A stretch of DNA of 25,146 bases from Verrucomicrobiales bacterium (GCA_046075565.1 JBJTQJ010000118.1:1-25146); one strand, 5' to 3'. Counted from the stretch's first letter, positions 1-8,820 are shown. Translations and numbers: made by a program. The notes: generated from the letters alone by a model not told the origin.

Positions 1-148
1 CTTCGGTGAACTGCTTGGCCTGGAGGAATGCAACCCCTTTGGCGAAAACCGCGTCCGGCCCTTCTTGGGCGACGAGCGGGGTGCTGGTGGAGGCGGCAAA
101 CGCCAGGGCGGCGGCTGCGGCGATGGTGGTAAGTGACAATCGGTTCAT
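1..148 (-). CDS. Partial (5' end only) exported protein with signal peptide and TPR-like first helix; downstream of the exbB-exbD-exbD genes
   Basis: Not in the ORF track. Manual translation from ATG at 148 gives MNRLSLTTIAAAAALAFAASTSTPLVAQEGPDAVFAKGVAFLQAKQFTE..., open to the window edge. Sec-type signal peptide (LVA|QE), then a TPR-like pattern (F..G..FL...QF.E). Confidence 0.65.
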   Translation of the reverse strand, partial: MNRLSLTTIAAAAALAFAASTSTPLVAQEGPDAVFAKGVAFLQAKQFTE

Positions 149-257
149 GGCAGAAAACGGGTCGGGTTACGGGGGTAATGGGAATTACGGCCCATGGCGG
201 TGGGCGGGCGCGGGCGACACCCTGTTAGTCAGGGCGTCAGGTGGGGAGCCTTCGCTT

Positions 258-719
258 TCAACCGTCGCGGAAGCCGCTGAGAGTCACGCTGGTGATCCCC
301 ACTTCGTAGATAGCATTAAAAACGTTCATCATGTCCTGATTATTGGCTTCATCATCGGCCATGATCACGACGAAGGGGTCGGCGCGCAATTGCGTGGCCA
401 TGGTCTTGTAGGTTTCAAGACGGCTCTTCAATTCGGGGAAGGTGAAATCCGCCCCCGCATTGCCCAACGGCTGGGCGTTGGTGTTGGGTTCGGCAATCAC
501 GCTGCCATCCGAATTCAGTTTCAGCGTGAGTGGTCGCTGCTCCACATCCTGGACCGGCGTCGAATCCGATGGCAGGCGCAGACCTAAGTCTACTTCCTGG
601 GGTTTGAGGGAGGTGGTGACAAGGAAATAGCAAATCAGAAGAAAGCTCACATCAATCATCGACGAAATGTCGAGCACGCCTTCCGGTTCTTCCTCTCTTT
701 TGAATCTTTTTCTACCCAT
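258..719 (-). CDS. exbD: Biopolymer transport protein, ExbD/TolR family
   Basis: N-terminal TM LDISSMIDVSFLLICYFLVTT with conserved Asp; C-terminal VVIMADDEA...VFNAIYEVGITSVTL. Confidence 0.9.
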   Translation of the reverse strand: MGRKRFKREEEPEGVLDISSMIDVSFLLICYFLVTTSLKPQEVDLGLRLPSDSTPVQDVEQRPLTLKLNSDGSVIAEPNTNAQPLGNAGADFTFPELKSRLETYKTMATQLRADPFVVIMADDEANNQDMMNVFNAIYEVGITSVTLSGFRDG

Positions 720-752
720 AACAGTCGGTTTGGTTCGGATTTATTGCGAGAC

Positions 753-1241
753 TTACCTCGTCATCTTGGGTGGAGGCTCTTTCTGGAGTGCTGAGAAGAC
801 GACATCATTCACACCGGCGGCTCCCGCGGCAGCCAGCGCCATCTTGGTGCGGCGGACCAAACTCTCTTTGTCCCCCCGCAGCATCAGGCTCGTCGCCGTG
901 TTGGTTTTATCATTTTCCGCTTTCTCTTTGATCACCAGTTCGGTGATTTGATCAAACTCAAGGGGCTTGCCATCCACATCCACGTAGGGGGTGGAGAGGC
1001 CTTCTGCCTTCATTTTCGCGTCCGAGAGGACGTTGATCAGAACCCTGCCAGTGGTGTTCTTTGATACCTGTCCTTTCGGTGCGATGGCCACCACGACCCG
1101 GGGGTCCTTCTTGATGGTCACGAGTTGGAACGTAACCATGAAGAAGATGATGATCTGGAAGACCATGTCAATCATTGGCGACATGTCGATTGAGGCGTCC
1201 TCGGGCTGAGGCCTGCCGGCAAGACGGTTGCGTTTTTTCAT
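753..1241 (-). CDS. exbD: Biopolymer transport protein, ExbD/TolR family (second paralogue)
   Basis: IDMSPMIDMVFQIIIFFMVT TM motif; C-terminal LMLRGDKES...AAGAAGVNDVVF. Confidence 0.9.
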   Translation of the reverse strand: MKKRNRLAGRPQPEDASIDMSPMIDMVFQIIIFFMVTFQLVTIKKDPRVVVAIAPKGQVSKNTTGRVLINVLSDAKMKAEGLSTPYVDVDGKPLEFDQITELVIKEKAENDKTNTATSLMLRGDKESLVRRTKMALAAAGAAGVNDVVFSALQKEPPPKMTR

Positions 1242-1304
1242 GGTCGAAGACGGGATGCGGAATCCGGATGCACCGGAGGTAAAATTGCCCGGGAGATGGC
1301 CTGA

Positions 1305-2099
1305 TTATTCGGCGTGCAGGCCTTCGGGAACCTTGGCGAAGAGTTGCTCGCCCTGAATGGCGTTCACACTGGAATCGAGCATTTCAGTGCCGGTCTCGAG
1401 AAGCACCGCCACACGGGCATTGAACAAATTCTTGAAAATCGCGTAACAGACCAGAGCCGGAATCGCAACCACCAGGCCGAAGTAGGTGGTGTAGAGCGCC
1501 TCGGAAATCTTGTTGGCCAGAACGCTCGGGTCGGAACCTTGGTTGGCGGCAAGACCAGCGAAGGCGCCGACCATCCCCGAGACGGTTCCAAGGAGACCGA
1601 GCATCGGAGCGGCCTGCATGATGGTGGAGAAATAGTTCACCCACATCACGGGCTCGCGGGTTTCGGAATTGACGAATTCCGCCATGGCATCTTCAACGTG
1701 TTCGCGCCCGAGGCCTTCAGCGGCCGTCGCGTCGATTTTCGGAAGGGCGAGGGCGGACATGCGCCCGAGATAGGAGGGACTCGCGCTGGCTGTCTCGATG
1801 GCACTGCGAACCCGACAGGATGACATCTGCTCCAGGAGGGCAGCCTTGAGATCATCGGGAATCCAACGCTTCTTGCTCAAGGCGATGCTGTTGTAGACCA
1901 CGAGGCCAACAAGGGCGATATTCAGAGCCAAAATCGGCCACATGAAGAGACCGCCGATGAGGAACTCTTCCCAGAGAGATTTGCCGGCAACGGGAGGCGC
2001 ATCGGCGGCAGCCTGGGCGAAGGCGGAGGTTGAGCCCACCGTGGCAAGAAGAACGGCGGGAAGGAGTTGGAGCCAGCGGCGGAACGAGTGGAATTTCAT
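1305..2099 (-). CDS. exbB: MotA/TolQ/ExbB proton channel family protein with N-terminal signal peptide
   Basis: GGLFMWPI, APMLGLLGTVSGMVGAF and ISEALYTTYFGLVVAIPA motifs. Start set at MKFHSF (2099), which precedes a signal peptide (AFA|QA); the ORF-track start at 2135 is also possible. Confidence 0.92.
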   Translation of the reverse strand: MKFHSFRRWLQLLPAVLLATVGSTSAFAQAAADAPPVAGKSLWEEFLIGGLFMWPILALNIALVGLVVYNSIALSKKRWIPDDLKAALLEQMSSCRVRSAIETASASPSYLGRMSALALPKIDATAAEGLGREHVEDAMAEFVNSETREPVMWVNYFSTIMQAAPMLGLLGTVSGMVGAFAGLAANQGSDPSVLANKISEALYTTYFGLVVAIPALVCYAIFKNLFNARVAVLLETGTEMLDSSVNAIQGEQLFAKVPEGLHAE

Positions 2100-2202
2100 G
2101 GGAAAGGATGATTTCGGATCTATAGGATGGCGCATGATGGTGTTCTATCGCGCTTAGTAAAGAAAAAAATGGCCTTGAGGGGTGGATTTTTGCATTTTTT
2201 TG

Positions 2203-3294
2203 TCAGGGAGACTGGAGCAACCGCTTGAGAACGGGAGCCAAGATGGTCCCCACGGCGCGCGCTCCCGCGTCGGTGAACAACGTGTCGTCGAGGAAAACCC
2301 CCTCCTGTCCGTTCAGGGAGGCGGCGGCATCGACGAACTCGATACCCATCCCTTCGCAAACCGCCCGGGCGCGGGTGTGGAATGCTCGCATCCGGTGGTC
2401 CACCCAGGCCGGATCCGCTCTTACAGGCACCACTTTGCCATCGCTCTGAATCAAACTCAGCCGCCGGAAGGTCGAGGTCGTGGCGGGGGTCATGTCGGGG
2501 CGGTGCGGCCAGGGCTCCCAAAGCACGATGGGTCGAAACCCCATCTCCTTGCCCATGGCCGCGAATTTCTTCACGGTGGCGGCGACCTCGTCGGAGGGAT
2601 CGTCCATCCAGGGGATTTCGGAAATCATGGGAGCTTTTTGCCAGTCGTTGCATTCAAGGGTGAAACGATCCTTTAGAGCATTTTCTTGGGAAAATGGCAA
2701 CTGCCGGGTTTCAGTGATCTTTTTTTGCCGACTCAACCTCCAGTAACTGGCAAGGGTGGAGGTTTTGAGTACAGTTCCCTTCCAGCCGGTGGGCAGGAAG
2801 GAAAGCTCCGCGGGATTGGCATTTTCCTCGTATCGGTAGCCTGCGGGTCGGGAAAGCACCTCCCCTGCCCCGAAACTTAGCACGACCACTTTGGGTTTCA
2901 TTTTGCCGGCGAAATGGCGGATCCATCCCAACTCCATCGAGGCAGGCTGACCGGAATTCGAGATGGAGCCGATGGCGACTGGCAGACCATCGGCAGCCAA
3001 GCTGGCGGCGGCGACTCCCCACCAGGTATCCGAATCCGCCTGAAGAACGGGTGTGGCATTTTCCCCGCCAAAACAAAGAACCCGCGGCCGACCATCTTCC
3101 CAACCGACCTTTCGAAGACCATCAGGGCCGCTCGTCCAACTCACCTCGCGCTTCAACCCCGGAAGATCGTTCACGAATTTCGTCTTCAGTTCCGGAAAAT
3201 CCCCCGGAGGAGCGATAAAACGAAGCCCGACATCAACGAGAAGAAGCAGAACAGGCGGAAGGGCGAGAAGAAGGAGCAGGGTCTTGCGTTTCAT
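2203..3294 (-). CDS. Membrane-anchored SGNH/GDSL-fold protein, catalytic residues apparently substituted
   Basis: N-terminal hydrophobic anchor MKRKTLLLLLALPPVLLLLVDVGLRF. SGNH block-like segments RVLCFGGENAT, SNSGQ, VVVLSFGAGE, FLDDTLFTDAGA. Start at ATG 3294 preferred over TTG 3369. Confidence 0.6.
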   Translation of the reverse strand: MKRKTLLLLLALPPVLLLLVDVGLRFIAPPGDFPELKTKFVNDLPGLKREVSWTSGPDGLRKVGWEDGRPRVLCFGGENATPVLQADSDTWWGVAAASLAADGLPVAIGSISNSGQPASMELGWIRHFAGKMKPKVVVLSFGAGEVLSRPAGYRYEENANPAELSFLPTGWKGTVLKTSTLASYWRLSRQKKITETRQLPFSQENALKDRFTLECNDWQKAPMISEIPWMDDPSDEVAATVKKFAAMGKEMGFRPIVLWEPWPHRPDMTPATTSTFRRLSLIQSDGKVVPVRADPAWVDHRMRAFHTRARAVCEGMGIEFVDAAASLNGQEGVFLDDTLFTDAGARAVGTILAPVLKRLLQSP

Positions 3295-3393
3295 AGGGGG
3301 AGGTTGCGATACCGGGGTAGAATACCCATTTAAAGCAAATCCGCGCCCGGTGGCAAGTATTGCTTCCAAGATCCCGGAAAATTTCCGGACTTT

Positions 3394-4278
3394 TCACCCT
3401 CTTTCCACGGCCAGCGATCTCACCTTATTGCCGCTGGTCTTGATGCTGGCGCAGACCCGCCCGCCGGCCTGGCTGGCGGCGTTGTGGGCGGCGAGGGTGG
3501 TTTGCCACGCGAGGGCGGCTCCCAACCCGCGACCAAGAGCAGTCGCTTCCTCGGCGACGACGGGGCAAGAATCGCATTCCACGGGAAAATGCAGCAATGC
3601 CGATCGCGCCGGGTGGTCGGATGCGGCCACGAGCACGGCTCCCGCGCCCTCGGCGGGAATCGCCCGCGGTTCGAGCAAAGCGAGCCCTTCGGCGGTCATC
3701 CAGTCGGCCTCTTCCGCGCCAGTGACAAGGCATGCATCAACGAGGCCGAGTTCCAGCCACAATGAGGCGGTGTCGAGTCCATGCAGAAAGGCCCCGGTGT
3801 CGCCGACGATGGTGGTCACGGGTCCGGTCAAACCTAGAACTGCCGCCAAATGGCTGGCGGGAGCATTAAACACGGTCTCTGGAAAAAGAATGGGGCTGGC
3901 TGTCGCCGGTTGGGCCAGCACCTCACCGAAGAATCGGCGCGAATAGACGACTCCTCCATTGACCAGAGTGTAAACAAGCCCGAGGCGCAGGGCACCGGAT
4001 TTCACTTCCTCCGCTCGTTGTTCGCCGAGGGCTTCCAACGAGGCGGCAGCGGAGAAATGGGAGATCCGTCCGGCCCGGCGCAGACGGGGATGCGCGAGCA
4101 GCGGGTCTTTTTTTGCCGGCACGAGGCGTCCCGGATGCGGGCGGGGGGCACCGGCGGGAGCTGGCACGTCCATGGTCGGTAGCGCGGCACCGGCGGCCAT
4201 CGCCTCGGCCAAGGCGTCCATACCCCAACCGGCCGGAGACACCGCGCCCCAACCAAGCAAACCGAGTGTGCGGGTCAT
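3394..4278 (-). CDS. Beta-ketoacyl synthase N-terminal-like protein (chain-length-factor-like, no catalytic Cys)
   Basis: GWGAVSPAG start, RLRRAGRISHF, ASPILFPETVFNAPASHLA, TGPVTTIVGDTGAF (no Cys where KS has SxAC), ACLVTGAEE, PAEGAGAVLV. ATG at 4278 overlaps the upstream TGA (ATGA) and follows AAAGGAGG. Confidence 0.8.
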   Translation of the reverse strand: MTRTLGLLGWGAVSPAGWGMDALAEAMAAGAALPTMDVPAPAGAPRPHPGRLVPAKKDPLLAHPRLRRAGRISHFSAAASLEALGEQRAEEVKSGALRLGLVYTLVNGGVVYSRRFFGEVLAQPATASPILFPETVFNAPASHLAAVLGLTGPVTTIVGDTGAFLHGLDTASLWLELGLVDACLVTGAEEADWMTAEGLALLEPRAIPAEGAGAVLVAASDHPARSALLHFPVECDSCPVVAEEATALGRGLGAALAWQTTLAAHNAASQAGGRVCASIKTSGNKVRSLAVERG

Positions 4279-5537
4279 TTGCCCTCCTTTCGAAAAACGA
4301 GACTGGCATTCGATCCCCCGAAGCCAAAGGAATTGGTCAGCACACAATCCAACTCGGCGGCGCGTGGCGCGAGCACGAGGTCGAAACAACAACATGGATC
4401 CACAGTGGTCGTGTGCGCGGTCGGTGGCAGAAAGGCCTCGTGAAGGGCAAGCACACAAATGGCGGCTTCAATGGCCCCTGCGCCTCCGAGCACATGGCCG
4501 ATGGCCCCTTTGGTGCTGCTCACCGCGATCCCGGCGGCGACTTCTTCTCCTGCCCAGCGGCGGATGGCGGCGGCCTCCGCGGGGTCATTCAGTGGCGTGC
4601 CGGTGCCGTGGGAATTGATGTATTGCACGGCGGCGGGCTCGACGCCGGCATCGCGGCAAGCCATGGTCATGCTGGCAAAGGCCGCATCGCCTTCCGGATG
4701 GGGTTGCGTGAGGTGGTGGCAGTCGGTCGAGAAGCCGTAACCGGCGACTACGGCGAGAATCTCGGCTCCCCGGGCTTCGGCGGAAGCGCGTGATTCCAGC
4801 ACAAGCATGGCTGCGCCCTCCCCGAGCGCGAGTCCATCGCGCTGCGCGTCAAAGGGCCGGGGTGTGGTGCGGCTGAGCGCTTTGAGCGAGTCGAAGCCGC
4901 CGAAAACGAGTTCACAGAGGGCGTCATAACCGCCCGCGAGCACCCGCTCGGCTCGTCCTGTGACAATCATTTGCCGGGCCTGTCCGATGGCATTAGCACC
5001 GGACGCACAGGCATTGGAAATGATCACCGATTCTCCTGTTAGACCGTGGGCGCGGGCGACCAACCCGGCCTGACGGCCCATGAGATAACTGGCCGCGCGG
5101 GAGGCTTGGTCCGCTCCCCGATGATCGGCCATGGCTTCGCGATAAAAGTTTTCCCCGTGGGTCATGGCCCCGGCGGAGGTGCCAATGACCACATCAAAGT
5201 CCCTCCATTGGGTGCCGACACCGATGCCGGCTTGGCGGGCCGCCTCATCCGCCGCGAGCAGAAGCATCCGGCCCCCGCGTTCCAGACGGCGCGTTTCTCC
5301 CGGGGAAAGTTCGCCGGTCGGGATTCGCTCTGGCAAAGCGACCTCGCCCGCCCGGTGCACATTGAAGCCGGATGTATCGAAAAGCGTCACTGCGCGGATT
5401 CCTGAATCGCCGGAACGAAAACCGTCGGCATTCACCCTCCAACCGCACCCGAGGGCCGTCACCATGCCAAGCCCTGTCACCATGACATCGCGCGAACGGT
5501 CCAACGGTTTCAGGTTGGCTGGAAGGGCTGAAGGCAT
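4275..5537 (-). CDS. Beta-ketoacyl-[ACP] synthase, FabF-like / type II PKS KS
   Basis: Full Cys-His-His set: SNACASG, HGTGTPLND, KGAIGHVLGGAG; also RPFD..RDG..LGEGA and NSFGFGG. Start chosen at MPSALP (5537). Confidence 0.92.
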   Translation of the reverse strand: MPSALPANLKPLDRSRDVMVTGLGMVTALGCGWRVNADGFRSGDSGIRAVTLFDTSGFNVHRAGEVALPERIPTGELSPGETRRLERGGRMLLLAADEAARQAGIGVGTQWRDFDVVIGTSAGAMTHGENFYREAMADHRGADQASRAASYLMGRQAGLVARAHGLTGESVIISNACASGANAIGQARQMIVTGRAERVLAGGYDALCELVFGGFDSLKALSRTTPRPFDAQRDGLALGEGAAMLVLESRASAEARGAEILAVVAGYGFSTDCHHLTQPHPEGDAAFASMTMACRDAGVEPAAVQYINSHGTGTPLNDPAEAAAIRRWAGEEVAAGIAVSSTKGAIGHVLGGAGAIEAAICVLALHEAFLPPTAHTTTVDPCCCFDLVLAPRAAELDCVLTNSFGFGGSNASLVFRKEGK

Positions 5538-5636
5538 CCATGGCAAATTGGCGAAGGCGAAGTCGACGGTCAACTGCCAAGCGACTTGTTCGGGCATTCC
5601 TTGTCATCGCGGGGTCATGTGCCAGAGTTTGACCGC

Positions 5637-6917
5637 ATGCCGAAGCCATCATCCACGAGCCTGTATTCCCGATGGCGGGAGGTTGCGGCGCGGCGCGGCC
5701 ATGCCATTGCGGTGCGGGAGTTTCCATCCAGGCGCGCGTGGACCTTCGCGGATCTCGAGCGTGCCGGAGAAGATGCCGATCCGTCCCCGCACGTCCTGCA
5801 AACCTCGCGCTCGGGGATGGAATTCCTCATCGATGTGCTGCGCGCCTGGCGCGACGAGGCCGTGCTCGTGCCCGACGAAATGGGCGGGACATTCTACTTC
5901 GATGCCTCCGCGCTTCCCGGAGGCGTCTGCCATGTCAAAGTCACCTCCGGCAGCACGGGCAACCGGCAGGGCGTGATGTTCGATGCCGATGCCCTTGCCG
6001 CCGACGCCCACCAGGTGATCGCGACCATGGGCCTGCGGGAAGACCTGGCGAATATCGGGGTCATTTCCCTGGCGCATTCCTACGGATTTTCCAATCTGGT
6101 CACTCCCCTTCTTCTGTTTGGCATCCCGTTGTTCCTCGTCGATTCCCCGCTTCCGGGTTTGATGCGTGATGCTCTGAAGGAAGAAACAAACTCCGGTGTC
6201 GTCTTGCCGGCCGTGCCTGCCATGTGGAGGGCATGGGAACAATCCGGACTCGACTTCACCAACGTGCGTGTCGCCATCTCGGCGGGCGCTCCCCTGCCCC
6301 TCGAACTGGAACAGTCCATCAGCCAACGCACCGGACTCAAGATCCATAATTTTTATGGCAGCAGCGAATGTGGAGGCATCGCTTATGATGATGGCTCAGC
6401 TCCCCGTGCCGATGCTGCCTTGGTCGGTTCGGCCATGCAAGGAGTTGCCTTGTCCGTCGATGAGGCAACCGGCTGCCTGCATGTGAAATCCCCCGCCATT
6501 GGCATCGGATATCTCGGTGCGGAGGAAGGCTTTCCCGCCGGCGGCTTTTTGACGCAGGATGTGGCGGAGATCCGGAATGGAAATGTCTATTTGTTAGAAA
6601 GAACCGGCGACGCCATTCATGTCGCCGGTTACAAAGTGGCACCCAGGGTGATCGAGGATGCCCTGCTCCGCGTGCCCGGCTTGCGATGTTGCGTCGTCTT
6701 TGGTGTGCCAAGCGCCGATCCCGTGCGCGGGGAGGAAGTGGTGGCGGTGATCAGCGGCAGCGCACCGCGGGCGGAATTGCGATCCGCCCTCGCCCATTTA
6801 CCGACCGCCTACCAACCAAGACACTGGTGGCCGAACGACGATCTCACTCCCGATGCCCGGGGAAAAATCTCCCGCGCCCGTTGGAAGTCTCTGTGGCTCG
6901 CCCGCGCGGCATCCTAA
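5637..6917 (+). CDS. Class I adenylate-forming enzyme (acyl-CoA/acyl-ACP ligase-like)
   Basis: TSGSTG P-loop, LAHSYG, SAGAPL, FYGSSECGG, R..D.I.V.G.KV.P..IE, C-terminal GKI. Start at ATG 5637 avoids overlap with the divergent KS gene. Confidence 0.88.
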   Translation: MPKPSSTSLYSRWREVAARRGHAIAVREFPSRRAWTFADLERAGEDADPSPHVLQTSRSGMEFLIDVLRAWRDEAVLVPDEMGGTFYFDASALPGGVCHVKVTSGSTGNRQGVMFDADALAADAHQVIATMGLREDLANIGVISLAHSYGFSNLVTPLLLFGIPLFLVDSPLPGLMRDALKEETNSGVVLPAVPAMWRAWEQSGLDFTNVRVAISAGAPLPLELEQSISQRTGLKIHNFYGSSECGGIAYDDGSAPRADAALVGSAMQGVALSVDEATGCLHVKSPAIGIGYLGAEEGFPAGGFLTQDVAEIRNGNVYLLERTGDAIHVAGYKVAPRVIEDALLRVPGLRCCVVFGVPSADPVRGEEVVAVISGSAPRAELRSALAHLPTAYQPRHWWPNDDLTPDARGKISRARWKSLWLARAAS

Positions 6918-7067
6918 ACCAGTCGGGGATAGGGGGATTGATTCCGCGCCTGAATCCACAAAGCGAAGGCCTCCGAGTGGGCAGTTCATATCCGGGTTGG
7001 CCTCAATGCTGTTCCCTCAGCGCAAGCATCGATCATTGTCTTCGTCTACTTCGCCTCATCCCTGCGC

Positions 7068-7168
7068 GGCAAGAGCGAGACGCTCTTGCTACGCTGGACA
7101 TGGCCGATCTGGGGGATTTCGCCTGCGAGCGTCCACCAAAATTGTAGCAAGACCGTCCCGGTCTTGCC
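7068..7168. repeat. Pair of inverted GTAG-tagged REP-like palindromes
   Basis: 7068-7092 reads GTAGCAAGAGCGTCTCGCTCTTGCC on the minus strand; 7144-7168 reads GTAGCAAGACCGTCCCGGTCTTGCC on the plus strand. Each is a hairpin; 51-bp spacer; lies between convergent genes. Confidence 0.75.
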
Positions 7169-7186
7169 CTCCACTGACCTTTTGTT

Positions 7187-8239
7187 TCAAGCCCCAGTTG
7201 CCGCTCTTCCCCGCGCCGCGGCGAGCCCTTCGAGCGGGAGATTCGGATCGATGTCCGTGTCGAGAGGAGTGAATAGCCCGGCACGATGTCGCTGGAGGGC
7301 GGCGAAGGCGATCATGGCCGCGTTATCGGTAGCGAGCGCGGCGGAAACGAGATGGGGTTCGATGCCTTCGCGGTGGCAGGCTTCTGTTAGGGCTGCCCGG
7401 AGGCGGCGGTTGCACGCGACACCGCCACCGACCCCGAGGTGGCGGAGCCCGAGGGCTTTGGTAGCGGCGATGGATTTCGATACGAGCACATCGACGACCG
7501 CCTCTTGGAATGAGGCACAGAGATCATCCAGCGAGGTCGCACGCCGGGCGGCATCCATTTCCGCGAGGCGCACACGCACGGAAGTCTTCAATCCGCTGAA
7601 ACTGAAGTCGCCATCACCGCTGTCGAGCATGGCGCGGGGAAAGTCGAAGGCTGCAGCATTGCCATGGACGGCGTGTTTGTCGATTTCAGGACCACCGGGA
7701 TAAGGCAATCCGAGCATTTTCCCGACCTTGTCGAAGGCCTCGCCGGCCGCGTCGTCTCGGCTGCGTCCTAACAACGAGATGCTACCATTTTCCTCTCGAT
7801 GGAGAAGCAAGGTGTGGCCACCGCTGGCAATGAGCACGACGGCAGCGGGAATGGGGTCGGGTCCGTGGAAGGGAGAAAGCAAATGCCCTTCCAAGTGGTT
7901 GATGGCGTAAAATGGTTTGCCGGTGGCGAGGGCAAGGGCTTTGGTGGTGGTGCTGCCAACGAGCAACGAACTGGCCAAGCCGGGTCCGGCGGTGGCGGCA
8001 AAGCCATCTAGATCAGCGGGGCGGAGTCCGCTGGCCGCAAAGACGCGGTCGAGGATCCCCGGGAGCGCGGTGGTGTGGTTGCGGGAGGCGAGTTCGGGCA
8101 CGACCCCACCATAAGGACGGTGGTCCGGGATCTGGGAATGCGTCGCCTCGGCGAGGATACGGGCCGAACCATCGATGATGGCGGCGGAGGTCTCGTCGCA
8201 AGACGATTCGATGGCCAGGAGGAGCGGGGCCTCGGGCAT
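7187..8239 (-). CDS. tsaD: tRNA N6-threonylcarbamoyladenosine biosynthesis protein TsaD
   Basis: LAIESSCDET, GGVVPELASRNH, GPGL, NHLEGHL, SGGHT, DDAAGEAFDK, PYPGGP, FSFSGLKT, GGVACN, TDNAAMIA. Start ATG 8239. Confidence 0.97.
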   Translation of the reverse strand: MPEAPLLLAIESSCDETSAAIIDGSARILAEATHSQIPDHRPYGGVVPELASRNHTTALPGILDRVFAASGLRPADLDGFAATAGPGLASSLLVGSTTTKALALATGKPFYAINHLEGHLLSPFHGPDPIPAAVVLIASGGHTLLLHREENGSISLLGRSRDDAAGEAFDKVGKMLGLPYPGGPEIDKHAVHGNAAAFDFPRAMLDSGDGDFSFSGLKTSVRVRLAEMDAARRATSLDDLCASFQEAVVDVLVSKSIAATKALGLRHLGVGGGVACNRRLRAALTEACHREGIEPHLVSAALATDNAAMIAFAALQRHRAGLFTPLDTDIDPNLPLEGLAAARGRAATGA

Positions 8240-8249
8240 GGGAGTGGGC

Positions 8250-8705
8250 TCAGGACAAGCGCGCGGCGACGGCCTGGCTGAGGGTTTTGCCATCGACGCG
8301 CCCGGCGGCAGCGGCACTGGCGGCTTTCATGACCGCGCCCATCTGGGCTTTGCCGGTAGCTCCGGTTTCCGCGATGGCGGCATCGATGAGGGCGGCCAAC
8401 TCGGCTTCGCCGAGCGCGGCGGGCAGGAAGGTCGAAAGGATGCGGATTTCCGCTTCTTCTTTTTCAGCGAGTTCAGGTCGGCCACCGTCGCGATAGGTGC
8501 GGGCGGACTCTTCGCGTTGTTTGACCTGTTTGCGCACGACCGCCATGGCTTCCGAGTCTTCAAGGGTGCTGCCAGCCCCGCCCTTTTCGATGGCCGCATT
8601 CATGAGCGCGGACTTGAGGCCGCGGAGCACGTTAAGCGAATCCTGATCACGGGCCTTCATGGCTTCCTTGATGGCATCGGCGATACGGGTGGTGAAGTCG
8701 GACAT
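8250..8705 (-). CDS. yqeY: GatB/YqeY domain protein
   Basis: IKEAMKARD...LR.LKS, KQVKQREES...Y..GGR.ELAEKEEAE...L..FLP, MGAVMK, GRVDGK. Confidence 0.93.
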   Translation of the reverse strand: MSDFTTRIADAIKEAMKARDQDSLNVLRGLKSALMNAAIEKGGAGSTLEDSEAMAVVRKQVKQREESARTYRDGGRPELAEKEEAEIRILSTFLPAALGEAELAALIDAAIAETGATGKAQMGAVMKAASAAAAGRVDGKTLSQAVAARLS

Positions 8706-8714
8706 GGGGGAAGT

Positions 8715-8817
8715 AGAGTGAAGAGTGAAGAGTGGAAAGACAGAAGACTAAGAGACAGAAGACAGAAGAACTGAAATTGTGGACTGGGGTTTGGAATCTG
8801 AAAACTGAAAACTTGAA
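8715..8817. repeat. Mosaic of short heptamer tandem repeats between tal and yqeY
   Basis: AGAGTGA x~3 (8715-8734), AGACAGA-type array (8738-8769), CTGAAAA x~3 (8798-8817). Confidence 0.85.
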
Positions 8818-8820
8818 CCT

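Noticed and set aside
6-587. 193-aa plus-strand ORF at the window start
   Set aside because: Antisense to exbD and to the partial TPR-like gene; no motifs.
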